The notes under the pieces are model-generated. The model did not search any database. It worked only from the letters and a program-made list of their open reading frames with translations, and was not told the DNA's origin. A stretch of 64,000 nt of DNA from an uncultured Syntrophomonadaceae bacterium (GTDB taxonomy: Bacteria; Bacillota; Dethiobacteria; DTU022). The first letter of the stretch is position 1; every line of letters begins with the position of its first letter. The translations under genes and the position numbers were made by a program. Shown here piece by piece: positions 27,251-37,814 of the stretch. The stretch lies in assembly GCA_964506505.1 (NCBI GenBank), contig CAZDKY010000003.1, positions 44,673 to 108,672 of the forward strand, given 5' to 3'.

Positions 27251-30013
27251 TTGATGAAGCTGCTCTATGTTGAAGATAATGAAGCTGATGTTGAACTGCT
27301 AAAAAGAGCACTGGACAGATCTCCCCGGAAGTTCGACATCGAAGTGGCCGCCAACCTGGCGGAAGCGAGAACCTGTTTGCAGGAAACACAATACGAACTG
27401 GCCCTGATTGACCTCCGCCTTCCCGACGGCAGCGGCATCGAGCTGCTGGCGGAAATCCGGCAAAATGATCTGCCGCTGGCCACAGTTATTTTTACCGGTC
27501 AGGGAGATGAAGAATCGGCCATTGCCGCGCTGAAAGCCGGCGCCAATGATTATATGATAAAAAACGACTACTATTTCAGGCAGGCCGCCAGGGTGCTGGA
27601 AAATGCCCTGGACAGATTTCAATTATTTGCGAAAAGTGGTTTTTCTTCGATAACAGTCCTGTACATCGTATCTGATGCCGCCGATGTCGACCTTACCCGC
27701 AGGCACCTGGCACGTTATGCTCCGCACATCCGCATGCAAGTTGAGCAATCGTCCGATAAAATCTTCGACCTCATTTCGACAGGAAATATTGAAAAGTTAT
27801 GCGATATCTGCTTGATTGATTACCGCCTGCCCGGTTTAAGTGCCCTGGAACTGCTGAAAGCTCTTCAGCAGAACAGAGATATTACGGTCCCGGCAGTTTT
27901 GGTTACCGACCAGGGTGATGAGGAAACCGCCCTGCAGGCCCTGCGGCTGGGAGCTTCTGATTACCTGGTCAAGCAGCCGGGCTATCTTTTTCAGCTGCCG
28001 GCGGCTCTTGAAAATGCTTATAATCAGGCCTGCCTTGCCCGTGAACATGCCAGGCTTTTGAAAAGTGAAGAGAGGTTCCGGGTCGCGATCAGGAATTCCC
28101 AGATCACCGTGGCCCATGTCGACCGCGATCTGCGCTACACCTGGATCCATAGTCCCCACCCTGATTTTGATCCATCTGCCGTTATTGGCAAAAGGGATGA
28201 TGATCTGTCAGATAACGCGGGAACCAGAAAACTGATGGCCTTAAAAAAGAAAGCCATTGAAACCGGAGCAGCACAGAGAGAAGAAATATCCTTTCCGGTA
28301 TCAGATGGAATTCATATCTATGACATTTCCGCCGAACCGTTAAAAGACAAACAGGGTGGCATAATCGGAGCGACCACGTCGGCAATTGACATTACCGAAC
28401 GTGTTGAAATGGAACACGTTCTTAAAAGGCGCCTGGGCGAACTGGAAGCGCTGTACAGCGTCTCCTCCTCCCTGCGATCAGCAGAAACAGTTGAAGAAAT
28501 GCTTTCCATGCTCCTTGATGAAACACTGAAGGCTTTTGAAACCAATGTCGGAGCAATCCTACTCTATGATGATGACAGAAAATTACTGCGTCATCTCGTC
28601 ACCCGGGGGTGGTTCCGGGAGCTGCAGGATATCAGCTTGAAACAGGGTGAAGGAATCACCGGTATGGTTTTTAATACCGGGGAACCTTATGTATCCGAAG
28701 AATTCTCTACCGATCAAAATTTCAAGTACCCAGATCGCGTCCCTGAAGGATGGGGAGGAGCTTCCATTCCCATAAACGTCGACCGACAGATAATCGGCAC
28801 TCTTACCCTGGCCGTGCCGCTGCCGCGAAAAATTACTCCTGATAATCTGAAGCTTCTTTTGTCCCTGGGAGATATGGCCGGAACTGCCGTTCACCGGATC
28901 ACCCTGCATGAAGAAGCGGTAAAAAGACTGCAGAAAATGCAGGCAACAAGGGCAATCGATGCCAGCATTATCGCCAGCCAGGATATGAGTTTAACTTTAG
29001 ATATTCTCCTTGAGCACCTTGTCAGCCAGCTTTCAATAGACGCAGCTGGTGTATTCCTGCTCAATCAAGATCTGAAGGTTCTCGAATTTGCCGCGGGTAA
29101 AGGATTCCGCAGCAAATCGCTTGAAAAATTTTCCCTGGACCTGCAGGAGTCGATGGCCGGAAGGGCGGTACGCAAACGGCAGACTATCCATGTCTATGAT
29201 ATCAATGACCTGCCTAATAAAGAGGGCCTTTTCCAGTGGCTGAAAGGAGACCAGTTTTCCGGTTACATCTGTATTCCATTGTCGGTCAAGGGGGAGGTAA
29301 AAGGGGTTTTGGAAATCTTTGGAAAACGGCCTTTCCGGAAGGAATCCGACTGGCTCGATTTCCTGGAAAGCCTGGCCCTGCAGGCAGCCATCACTATCAA
29401 CAACAACCAGCTTTTTGAAGATATCCAGAGGGCTAATCTGGAACTGACCCTTGCTTACGACGCCACCCTTGAGGGATGGTCCAGAGCTCTGGAATTGCGT
29501 GATCACGAAACGGACAATCACAGCAGAAGGGTAACTGATATGACCATGAAAATTGCAGAAGCTGCCGGTGTTTCCGCCTCTGAAAGAGTACACATCCGCC
29601 GCGGAGCGCTGCTCCACGACATCGGCAAAGTGGGCGTTCCCGATTCCATTCTTCATAAACCGGACAAACTTAACGCCGAAGAATGGGCCATGATGAAAAA
29701 ACATCCCGTCTTTGCCTACCAGCTTCTATCACCGATCGAATATCTGAGGCCCGCTCTCGATATTCCTTACTGCCACCATGAAAAATGGGACGGCAGCGGT
29801 TACCCACGGGGTCTCAGGGATTCGGAGATTCCCCTGGCAGCCAGGATTTTTGCCGTGGCCGATGTATTCGATGCCCTGACCAGCGAGCGCCCCTATCGGC
29901 CGGCCTGGGACAGAAAGGAAGCCCTGAAATGTATCCGCGAGGAAAGCGGTAAGCATTTCGACCCCAGGATAGTTGAAATATTCTTCAGCCTGGTTGAGAA
30001 AGGAGAAGTCTAA
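27251..30013 (+). CDS. Multidomain response regulator: REC, REC-like, PAS, GAF, GAF, HD-GYP c-di-GMP phosphodiesterase
   Basis: The N-terminal receiver has LIDLRLPDGSG. A second receiver-like domain has ..CLIDYRLPGLSALELL... PAS and GAF regions follow. The C-terminal HD-GYP domain carries the LLHDIGKVGVPDSILHK and HHEKWDGSGYPRGL motifs. AAGGAGA ribosome-binding site. Confidence 0.85.
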   Translation: MMKLLYVEDNEADVELLKRALDRSPRKFDIEVAANLAEARTCLQETQYELALIDLRLPDGSGIELLAEIRQNDLPLATVIFTGQGDEESAIAALKAGANDYMIKNDYYFRQAARVLENALDRFQLFAKSGFSSITVLYIVSDAADVDLTRRHLARYAPHIRMQVEQSSDKIFDLISTGNIEKLCDICLIDYRLPGLSALELLKALQQNRDITVPAVLVTDQGDEETALQALRLGASDYLVKQPGYLFQLPAALENAYNQACLAREHARLLKSEERFRVAIRNSQITVAHVDRDLRYTWIHSPHPDFDPSAVIGKRDDDLSDNAGTRKLMALKKKAIETGAAQREEISFPVSDGIHIYDISAEPLKDKQGGIIGATTSAIDITERVEMEHVLKRRLGELEALYSVSSSLRSAETVEEMLSMLLDETLKAFETNVGAILLYDDDRKLLRHLVTRGWFRELQDISLKQGEGITGMVFNTGEPYVSEEFSTDQNFKYPDRVPEGWGGASIPINVDRQIIGTLTLAVPLPRKITPDNLKLLLSLGDMAGTAVHRITLHEEAVKRLQKMQATRAIDASIIASQDMSLTLDILLEHLVSQLSIDAAGVFLLNQDLKVLEFAAGKGFRSKSLEKFSLDLQESMAGRAVRKRQTIHVYDINDLPNKEGLFQWLKGDQFSGYICIPLSVKGEVKGVLEIFGKRPFRKESDWLDFLESLALQAAITINNNQLFEDIQRANLELTLAYDATLEGWSRALELRDHETDNHSRRVTDMTMKIAEAAGVSASERVHIRRGALLHDIGKVGVPDSILHKPDKLNAEEWAMMKKHPVFAYQLLSPIEYLRPALDIPYCHHEKWDGSGYPRGLRDSEIPLAARIFAVADVFDALTSERPYRPAWDRKEALKCIREESGKHFDPRIVEIFFSLVEKGEV

Positions 30014-30272
30014 ATAAAACCCCTTCCAGCCACTGCCGGTGCCAGGGTATTCACAGACGCGGTGCAATTTTTGATCAGAAACTCGCAACAGGTATCCCAT
30101 GGATACAAGAACAGGATTAATATATTGACAAAGTCAGCTTCCGGTAAAAATAGCCCGGATTTTTTCACTGAAGCAGCAGGTGTGAAAAAGATTACCGGGT
30201 TTATACCAGCAAAACCGCTTTCCCGATATCGTCGAAAAAATATCATAACCTGGAAATGAGGAGCAGATTAAT

Positions 30273-31136
30273 ATGAAACATGAAGAAACTTCCTGGTTGA
30301 CTGAAGACGGTGTTAATCTTCTGGCCCGGACGTGGGAACCTGAAGAGCAGGTGAAAGGTGTAGTCTGTCTTGTCCACGGCCTGGGCGAACATTCCGGCCG
30401 TTACGGTCACTGGGCTAATCTGCTGGCCGGGGCAGGTTATGTGACTTTGTCTTTCGATCTCCGCGGCCACGGCCTTTCCGATGGGCGGCGCGGCGATACT
30501 CCTTCCTTTGACCGTTATGCCGACGACACCACAATCATGATTGAAAAGGCAAGAAACCGTTACCCCGGAAAACCGATCTTTATCTACGGACACAGCCTTG
30601 GAGGACTACTTGTCCTTTATTACCTGGTACAGCGCCACCCGCAGCTGAAAGGAGCGGTGGTAACCAGCCCTGGTTTGAGAACCATGGTCAATGAACAAAA
30701 GGGGAAAGTCCTGGCTGCTCAAATCCTGGGCTCACTTATTCCCCGGGTAAGTATTGCCAACGGTCTTGATCTGAATGGACTTTCCCGGGATAAAAATATA
30801 GTTGAAGCATACAAGCAGGATTCATTCGTTCATGATCGGATTTCCCTGCACGCCGGCAAGGAAATGTTAAAAGCGATATCCTGCGTTTTCGAAAAGGCCT
30901 CTTCCATCGATCTGCCTTTATTAATCATGCACGGAACCGCTGATCGTATTACTTACGCGGCAGGCTCAAAAGAACTGGCGGCTCTTCTTCCCGGTCGGTG
31001 CACCCTGAAATTATGGGACGGTTACTTTCATGAATTGCATAATGAACCGGATAAAGAACAGGTCTTTACATTCCTCCAGGAATGGCTGGAAGATAGGCTT
31101 AAGGAGAATTCAGAATCTCCGGGTGGGAATAACTAG
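30273..31136 (+). CDS. Alpha/beta hydrolase (lysophospholipase / monoacylglycerol-lipase-like)
   Basis: The VCLVHGLGEHSGRY oxyanion region and the nucleophile elbow YGHSLGG. GAGGAG ribosome-binding site. Confidence 0.8.
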   Translation: MKHEETSWLTEDGVNLLARTWEPEEQVKGVVCLVHGLGEHSGRYGHWANLLAGAGYVTLSFDLRGHGLSDGRRGDTPSFDRYADDTTIMIEKARNRYPGKPIFIYGHSLGGLLVLYYLVQRHPQLKGAVVTSPGLRTMVNEQKGKVLAAQILGSLIPRVSIANGLDLNGLSRDKNIVEAYKQDSFVHDRISLHAGKEMLKAISCVFEKASSIDLPLLIMHGTADRITYAAGSKELAALLPGRCTLKLWDGYFHELHNEPDKEQVFTFLQEWLEDRLKENSESPGGNN

Positions 31137-31176
31137 TTTTTAAGCACTCGTTTTAAGGTTCTGCAGCAAGTTATCA

Positions 31177-31863
31177 TTAATCATTAAGGTTTTTCTTCTC
31201 ACCCGTAACCAGAAAGATTACCTCCTCGGCAATATTCGTGGCATGATCAGAAATACGTTCGAGCCAGCGTCCAACGAAAAGAAGCTGGGCAGCCTGGGTT
31301 ATCGTTTTCGGATTCTCCATCATGATCGTCAGCAATTCTCGAAAGATTTGACCAAAAAGGTGATCAATTTCGTCATCGTCAGTTCCCACAGTCAAAGCCA
31401 GCTCTACATCTTCGCGCACATAAGCATCAAGGGACTGCTTAACCATTTTCTGACTTAAGAAAGCCATCCGGGGAATGTCCACAAGGGGTTTAATAAAGGG
31501 CTGCTGGCCGATCCGTATGGTAATTTTTGCAATGCTGGTCGCGTAGTCAGCCATTCTTTCGAGATCATTGATCATCTTAAAAAGAGTAGCTACCCGACGC
31601 AGATCCCTGGCCATAGGCTGCTGGGTGGCGATTACTTCCAGGCACTTCTCTTCAATCTCCTGCTCCAGGTCGTCAATGCAATCATCACCCTCGATAACTG
31701 CCCGGGCCAGGTTCGGATCCTGTTTTTTTAAAGATTCGATAGCGTGGGCAATCGCCTCTTCGACCAGGCTGCCCATGTACTGCAATTTCTCCTGGAGACC
31801 ATTCATCTTCTCCTCGAATACCACTTTCCGTTCAGTAAATTCCGATTTATCCATGTGCTGCAA
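31177..31863 (-). CDS. phoU: Phosphate signalling complex protein PhoU
   Basis: Two PhoU repeats with ..RDLRRVATLFKMINDLERMADYA.. and ..LLFVGRWLERISDHATNIAEEV. Confidence 0.9.
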   Translation of the reverse strand: MQHMDKSEFTERKVVFEEKMNGLQEKLQYMGSLVEEAIAHAIESLKKQDPNLARAVIEGDDCIDDLEQEIEEKCLEVIATQQPMARDLRRVATLFKMINDLERMADYATSIAKITIRIGQQPFIKPLVDIPRMAFLSQKMVKQSLDAYVREDVELALTVGTDDDEIDHLFGQIFRELLTIMMENPKTITQAAQLLFVGRWLERISDHATNIAEEVIFLVTGEKKNLND

Positions 31864-31880
31864 TCTCCCCTTCTGCCGGC

Positions 31881-32732
31881 TTATCCGAACCGGCCGGTGA
31901 TATAATCTTCAGTGCGCTGATCCCGGGGTTTGGTAAAAATACGGCTGGTTTCACCCCATTCAATTAGTTCTCCCTGGAGGAAAAAACCGGTGTAATCTGA
32001 AATTCTGGCGGCCTGCTGCATGTTGTGGGTAACAATAATGATGGTATAGTCACGGCAGAGCTCCCGGACCAGGTCTTCGATCCGCTGGGTAGCAATTGGG
32101 TCAACGGCCGAAGTGGGTTCATCCATCAGTAAAATTTTCGGCTGAACCGCGAGGACTCTGGCAATGCAGAGCCTCTGCTGCTGCCCCCCGGAAAGAGAGA
32201 GCGCCGGATCATAAAGACGATCTTTGACTTCATCCCATAATGCCGCTCCCTGCAAGCTTTTTTCAACGATTTCACTTAACCTGTTTTTATTCTTTTCTCC
32301 GTGAATGCGGGGCCCGTAAGCAATGTTATCAAAAATGCTTTTCGGAAATGGATTAGGCTGCTGAAAAACCATCCCCACCCTTTTTCGCAGCTCGACAACA
32401 TCGGTTGCAGGATCGTAAATATCCCTGCCCTGGATGCAAACCCTGCCTTCGAGATGTGTATCCGTAACGAGATCGTTCATTCTGTTCAGCACCCTCAAAA
32501 AAGTGGTTTTACCACAGCCCGACGGGCCGATTAATGCGGTTACCCCTTTTTCCTGTGCTTCAATATTAATATCAAAAAGAGCCTGCTTCCGGCCATAGAA
32601 AAATTGCAGGTTTTCTACCTTAACCTCAAACTGATCCTTTCCTGTTAAAGCGCTTTCTTTACTACGATTATTGGTTAAAGGGGGATGAAGCTTATTTTCA
32701 TTCTTTAGAGTGTTAACAATTTGCATCATCAT
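31881..32732 (-). CDS. pstB: Phosphate ABC transporter ATP-binding protein PstB
   Basis: Walker [13 protein letters not shown] signature LSGGQQQRL, Walker B ILLMDEP. Confidence 0.9.
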   Translation of the reverse strand: MMMQIVNTLKNENKLHPPLTNNRSKESALTGKDQFEVKVENLQFFYGRKQALFDINIEAQEKGVTALIGPSGCGKTTFLRVLNRMNDLVTDTHLEGRVCIQGRDIYDPATDVVELRKRVGMVFQQPNPFPKSIFDNIAYGPRIHGEKNKNRLSEIVEKSLQGAALWDEVKDRLYDPALSLSGGQQQRLCIARVLAVQPKILLMDEPTSAVDPIATQRIEDLVRELCRDYTIIIVTHNMQQAARISDYTGFFLQGELIEWGETSRIFTKPRDQRTEDYITGRFG

Positions 32733-32843
32733 TCGGTTCTTAATAGCGAACCTGTCTCACACTCCTTCCTTATCGATAGATTAAATCTCCGGCCAGGTTT
32801 TTCCTCAGTATTCTTTCTATAAATACTCCGAAATTAAATTACA

Positions 32844-33731
32844 TCAGAGTCCTTTAGCCGCCCTGCTTCTGAACCGCCTGCGCAGAACAACCGCCACCAG
32901 GTTGAGAAAAAAGACAAGGACAACAAGGACCAGGGCTGTTCCATAAGCAATGGGCCTGACTGCAGCAATATCATGGTGCTGCGTGGACATGATGAAAAGA
33001 TGATAGGGCAAAGCCATGAACTGGCTGAAAACTGAGTCGGGCAGGTAGGGCAGAAAAAATGCTGCGCCTGTAGCCAGTATGGGAGCTGTCTCTCCAGCCG
33101 CCCTGGCCAGGCCAAGAATTGTCCCGGTTAAAATCCCGGGCATAGCCCGCGGTAAAACAACCGTCCGCACTACCTGCCAGCGGGTCGCCCCCAGGGCAAA
33201 TGAGCCCTCCCGGTAGGAACGCGGGACGGTAGAGAGCGCTTCTTCTGCAGCGGTAACAGTAACCGGCAGAGTCAGCAACCCAAGAGTAAAACCGGCAGCA
33301 ATAAGCGAAGGGCCGAAACCGAATAATTTAACGAACACCGCCATTCCAAAAAGCCCGAATACTATGGACGGCACACCAGCAAGGTTGCGCAGGGCCATCC
33401 GCACCAGCCTGGTAATACGACCCTGCACTGCATATTCATTGAGATAAATTGCCGCCGCCACTCCAAAAGGCACAGCAAAAGCAATGGTAATCAGGGTAAC
33501 ATAGAAAGTCCCGATAATAGCGGGAAGAATACCTCCCTCGGTCATCCCCACCCTGGGTGGTTCGGATAAAAATTCCCAGTTAATAACCTCCAGACCTTTA
33601 CTCACCAGGTCATAGACGATAAATCCAAGAATTAAAAGGACCAGAATGAGAGAAAAACGCAGCAACCAGCAACCGGCCAGTTCAGCACCCTTCCATTCCC
33701 GGGCGCTATTGATATTTTTATTTCTGTTCAT
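32844..33731 (-). CDS. pstA: Phosphate ABC transporter permease PstA
   Basis: 6-TM permease with the ABC EAA-like loop ..ALGATRWQVVRTVVLP. Its 5' end overlaps pstC by 4 bp. Confidence 0.85.
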   Translation of the reverse strand: MNRNKNINSAREWKGAELAGCWLLRFSLILVLLILGFIVYDLVSKGLEVINWEFLSEPPRVGMTEGGILPAIIGTFYVTLITIAFAVPFGVAAAIYLNEYAVQGRITRLVRMALRNLAGVPSIVFGLFGMAVFVKLFGFGPSLIAAGFTLGLLTLPVTVTAAEEALSTVPRSYREGSFALGATRWQVVRTVVLPRAMPGILTGTILGLARAAGETAPILATGAAFFLPYLPDSVFSQFMALPYHLFIMSTQHHDIAAVRPIAYGTALVLVVLVFFLNLVAVVLRRRFRSRAAKGL

Positions 33732-34606
33732 CTGTTCACCTCCGGTTTACGGTGAATAAGAATATCAGCCATTAGGTTAACGATAAAAGTAATCAGAAAG
33801 AGAACCAGGCCGACGACAAAAAGAGCATGAAAATGTAATGAATTGAAGACCACATCTCCTATTTCTACTGCAATATTGGCGCTCAAAGTCCTGACCGAAT
33901 CAAGGTAAGAACTGGGCCTGGCAATCATGTTTCCGGTAACCATCAGAACAGTCATCGTTTCGCCGATAGCTCTGCCCATCCCCAGCATAACAGCAGCTGA
34001 TATACCGGAGAAAGCAGCCGGTATGGTTACTTTCCAGATGGTCTGCCAGCGGGTAGCCCCCAGGGCCAGGGAAGCGTGCCGGTATTCTCTGGGTACGGCG
34101 GTTATGGCATCCTCGGCAAGGGTGATTATAGTCGGCAAAGCCATTACCCCAACCAGAATAGCCCCGTTCAGAGCATTGATGCCGCTGGGAATATTAAAGA
34201 CAGCGGCAAGCAGGGGAGCAAGGACAACCAGGCCGATAAACCCGAGAACGACAGAAGGGATTCCGGCTAAAATTTCAACAATGGGTTTAAAAAATTCTCT
34301 TTCCCACGGCGAGGCAATTTCGGAAAGATAAGCAGCGGCAGCTATCCCCACAGGCACAGCAAAAGCCAGTGCCCCGGCAGTGACCATGAAAGTACCCAGG
34401 ATCATATTAAGCAAACTGTAGGTCGGCTCAGCAAAGGCTGAAGGTCTCCAGACCCCATCAGTGAAAAAAGGTTTCAGGCCAATCTCTTCGAAAGCCGGAA
34501 TACTGTTTGAAAACAGGGTAAACATAATCCCCGCCAGGAAAAAGATAATAGCCATTCCGCTGAGCCAGAATATAATTTTCATCATTTTTTCAGTTATAGC
34601 AGGCAA
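33728..34606 (-). CDS. pstC: Phosphate ABC transporter permease PstC
   Basis: 6-TM permease with ..LALGATRWQTIWKVTIP. Confidence 0.85.
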   Translation of the reverse strand: MPAITEKMMKIIFWLSGMAIIFFLAGIMFTLFSNSIPAFEEIGLKPFFTDGVWRPSAFAEPTYSLLNMILGTFMVTAGALAFAVPVGIAAAAYLSEIASPWEREFFKPIVEILAGIPSVVLGFIGLVVLAPLLAAVFNIPSGINALNGAILVGVMALPTIITLAEDAITAVPREYRHASLALGATRWQTIWKVTIPAAFSGISAAVMLGMGRAIGETMTVLMVTGNMIARPSSYLDSVRTLSANIAVEIGDVVFNSLHFHALFVVGLVLFLITFIVNLMADILIHRKPEVNR

Positions 34607-34734
34607 CAGGATCCTCCTCGCTATTACTTATTCTTTATTGCCAGATTACGATTGGTGCCCTGTATACCGCCAGGTCAGAATGACAGTATACAGGGCTGTC
34701 CTATATTCCACTCCGGTAAATATTTTACCGGATG

Positions 34735-35682
34735 TTACTGTAAAGCATCTTTGTTAAATTCAATATCAGAGGTGGTAATGGGATAAAAACCTTCTTCAAG
34801 TACTATATTTTGACCCTGATCACCCGTTTCAAAAAGGAAGAAATCGAGGATTGCTCCACCCGGTTTTCCGGCTACATACTGAAAAAGCGGCCTGGTGAGG
34901 GGATAATCTCCACTCGTTACATTCTCCAGGATAGTAGGATCAAAAGCCTCTGAACCTGTATCTGCAGCAACCAGAAGAGCTTTCATCCCTTCGCCGGCGG
35001 CATAACCGATGGCGCAATAACCAATACCTCCAGCATCATTTTTTACTGCTTCCACGATATCGGAATTGCCGGCCAGGTTACGCATTTCCGGCGAATAGTC
35101 CCCCTGAACCACCTTTTCCATGAAGAATACATAGGTTCCAGAGGTGCTCTGACGGCCGTAAATTGTAATCTCGCGTTCTTCGCCACCCACTTCCGCCCAG
35201 CTGGTAATTTCGCCGCGGTATATGGCTCCGATCTGCTCGACTGTCAGCTCGGCTAATGGATTGCTCTCATTGACAATTACCGCTACACCATCAACAGCAA
35301 AGCGAACGGCATAAACATCCTCACCACTGGTAGCTTTAAGTGCCTCAACTTCTTCGTCTTTCATCGGCCGGGAAGAATTAGCTATATCTATATTCCCATC
35401 GATCAGAGAGGTAATGCCTACTCCGGAACCGCCGCCGGTAACGGCAATGGAAACCCCTTCATAGGCATTCATATATTCTTCAGCCATCCTTGTCACCAGG
35501 TTAACTTCCGAATCGGAACCGGCAATCATGATCGAAACTGTTTCTCCATCATTTCCCTGGCTCTCTCCGTTTTCTCCAGCCGGCTCTTCACCGGGATTCT
35601 CTCCCTGCCCGCAGCCTGCCATAACCAGCGAAAGTGCCAGCAGAGTTATTACAAATACTGTTAGCCACATTCTCCTGTTCAT
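34735..35682 (-). CDS. pstS: Phosphate-binding lipoprotein PstS
   Basis: Lipobox LVMAGC and a PBP-fold sequence. Confidence 0.85.
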   Translation of the reverse strand: MNRRMWLTVFVITLLALSLVMAGCGQGENPGEEPAGENGESQGNDGETVSIMIAGSDSEVNLVTRMAEEYMNAYEGVSIAVTGGGSGVGITSLIDGNIDIANSSRPMKDEEVEALKATSGEDVYAVRFAVDGVAVIVNESNPLAELTVEQIGAIYRGEITSWAEVGGEEREITIYGRQSTSGTYVFFMEKVVQGDYSPEMRNLAGNSDIVEAVKNDAGGIGYCAIGYAAGEGMKALLVAADTGSEAFDPTILENVTSGDYPLTRPLFQYVAGKPGGAILDFFLFETGDQGQNIVLEEGFYPITTSDIEFNKDALQ

Positions 35683-35751
35683 TTTTTCCCTCCTAAAATA
35701 AATTTAACCTTGCTCATAATAACTGAACAAGGTTAAAAATAAAGGAGTTTT

Positions 35752-35790
35752 ATGTAAAATTAAAGTTAAATCTCTGTTAAACGTTAACGT
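35752..35790 (-). promoter_or_regulatory. Pho-box-like array (direct TTAACA/TTTACA repeats at about 11-bp periodicity) upstream of pstS
   Basis: The minus strand reads cgTTAACGtTTAACAgagatTTAACtttaatTTTACAt, ending about 70 bp upstream of the pstS start. An inverted repeat aaccttg..caaggtt (35704-35740) lies between this array and the ribosome-binding site. Confidence 0.45.
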
Positions 35791-37619
35791 CCGCAGCACG
35801 GCAGGGAAAAGCGAAACACTGTTCCTTTCCCCTCGGTGCTCTGCAGCTGATAATCTGCGCCATGCGCTTCCATGATATGCTTAACAATGGAAAGGCCAAG
35901 ACCGGTTCCTCCACTTTTTCGGGAACGGGCTTTATCAACCCGGTAGAATCGCTCGAATATATAAGGCAGATCGCTCTCCGGAATACCGGGACCGTCATCG
36001 GATATTTCGACAAATGCCGTCTGCTGGTCACAACCCAGTTTTGCGATCACCCTGCCTCTCTCCCTACCGTGCCTGATACTGTTTTCCAGGATATTGATCA
36101 GGGCCTGACTGAGCCATTCATAGTTCCCCTCCACGGCAATTTCATCATCAGGAAAATCTATTTTAAGGATTGCCCCTTTTTGTTTCCTCAGTTCTTCAAC
36201 ATTCACAACTGCCTCTTCAATCAACGCTTTTAGATTGACTCGTTTCTTCCTGACAAACCCTTTTTCGTTTTCAATTTGAGCAAGGTCAAGTAAATTATCA
36301 AGAAGCTCGGCCAGCCTTTTTGTTTCCCGATCAATAATCTGTAAAAAATCCGTTAGTTCCCGGCGGCTCAAATTTTCATGGATGATCGTTTCTGTGTAAC
36401 CGCGAACTGCTGTAAGAGGAGTGCGCAGCTCATGGGAAACATTGGCCACAAAATCACTGCGCATCTTTTCGATGGTCCGCAGCTGAGTCACTTCGTGGAA
36501 AAGAATCAGTACCCCGATTATTTTGCTGGCCGGTCCGGACACTGGCAGCAGGTGTGTTTCAAGGACGGCGGCCCGTGGATAATAAATGTCCAGCTCGATC
36601 ACCCTGCTTAGACCGTCATCGTGAACCGCTTTTAAAGACTGGGATAAGTTGAAATAGCGTAAGCCTTTTCGGAGGGGGACTCCGATCATTTCACTGTCTT
36701 TAAGATCAAACAGCATTTCAGCCGCCGGGTTGATCAGTTCAATTTTCATCTCCCGGTCGGTTAGAATTATACCGTTACTCATCGAGTTAACGACGGTTTC
36801 CAGTTTGTTTTTTTCAGCAGTCACTTTTTCGATCTGACCTGCCAGGGAGCGGCCCATTTCCTTAATATTGGAAGCCAGTTCTGCCAGTTCATCCTGGCCT
36901 TCGATTTCGAGTGGAGGATCGAAATTGCCACCGGATATGGCTTTTGAAGCATTGCTAATTCTGCCGATGGGTTCGGTTATTCTACGGGAGAGAATCAATG
37001 CAACACCTGAAGCAAGCAGAAACGCAGTAAAAAGAGCCACCAGGATAAACAGGCGCAGGTTACCCATGGCCTGGTTAATAGCCGAAAGTGGAAGGGCAAG
37101 CCGAATAATTAAAAAAGGATTGCCTTCCCCTGACTCATCATCTCCTCCCTCAAGGGGCACTGCCAGGTAATACATATCTTTTTCAAGCGTTGCACTGTAA
37201 CGGCTGGCGATACCCACTTCCTGCTGTAACACTTCAATAATTTCCGGACGATCAATATGGTTTTCCATTATGGTTGGATTTTCGTCAGAATCAGCCAGGA
37301 CAAAACCCTCCCCATCGATGAGGGTCATCCTGATGCCCAGTTCCGCCCCGAGATCTTCATAAAGGCTGTCAATAGCAGTCGGGAAGGTCTCCTCTTCAAT
37401 CATTTCCTCTACCAGAGCAGCGGTGAGACGAGCCTGTATATATAGATTCTCGCGCAGGGTTTGCATATAAAAATAATGCAAAAACCAGCTGAAAAAAAAC
37501 CCCATTACAGCAACTATAACAGCTATAACAGCCAGATTATAAAATATCATGCGACGACGGATACTTTTAAACAATTTAAGACTGCCTCCAGACTGCCGCC
37601 CCGTTAAAAATGAGCTCAC
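35784..37619 (-). CDS. phoR: Phosphate-regulon sensor histidine kinase PhoR (TM, HAMP, PAS, HisKA, HATPase)
   Basis: H-box SHELRTPLT, and G-boxes DDGPGIP and GGTGLGLSIV. GTG start with an upstream GAAGG. Confidence 0.8.
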   Translation of the reverse strand: MSSFLTGRQSGGSLKLFKSIRRRMIFYNLAVIAVIVAVMGFFFSWFLHYFYMQTLRENLYIQARLTAALVEEMIEEETFPTAIDSLYEDLGAELGIRMTLIDGEGFVLADSDENPTIMENHIDRPEIIEVLQQEVGIASRYSATLEKDMYYLAVPLEGGDDESGEGNPFLIIRLALPLSAINQAMGNLRLFILVALFTAFLLASGVALILSRRITEPIGRISNASKAISGGNFDPPLEIEGQDELAELASNIKEMGRSLAGQIEKVTAEKNKLETVVNSMSNGIILTDREMKIELINPAAEMLFDLKDSEMIGVPLRKGLRYFNLSQSLKAVHDDGLSRVIELDIYYPRAAVLETHLLPVSGPASKIIGVLILFHEVTQLRTIEKMRSDFVANVSHELRTPLTAVRGYTETIIHENLSRRELTDFLQIIDRETKRLAELLDNLLDLAQIENEKGFVRKKRVNLKALIEEAVVNVEELRKQKGAILKIDFPDDEIAVEGNYEWLSQALINILENSIRHGRERGRVIAKLGCDQQTAFVEISDDGPGIPESDLPYIFERFYRVDKARSRKSGGTGLGLSIVKHIMEAHGADYQLQSTEGKGTVFRFSLPCCGR

Positions 37620-37814
37620 TCATATTATACCTTCTTATGCATTCATCAAAACTGCAAGGTAAGCTGCAGGCGCATTAACTCAGAATACTTCTCCGATTGC
37701 TGTTCATCGCCGCCAATGTCATTGATGAAAGAAGCTGTTAGTTACAGAACCGGTTAGTTTAAGATCAGATAAGAGAATTTTTAAATTTACAGGGAAATCC
37801 ATAAAAGCTTCTTC

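Noticed and set aside
27251-27262. Alternative TTG/ATG starts for several genes (PFOR 38786 versus 38801 versus 38822; BCCT 25156 versus 25186; ApbE 18766 versus 18676; FtsH 54584 versus 54533)
   Set aside because: This is not a feature in itself. I recorded my choice of start in each feature's evidence, and chose starts by ribosome-binding-site spacing and family N-termini.
29033-29704. 223-aa minus-strand ORF inside the HD-GYP regulator gene, and the similar antisense ORFs at 49685..50308 (in fhs), 53626..54216 (in ftsH) and 62557..63144 (in mfd)
   Set aside because: All lie antisense to well-supported genes, lack ribosome-binding sites, and have non-protein-like composition.
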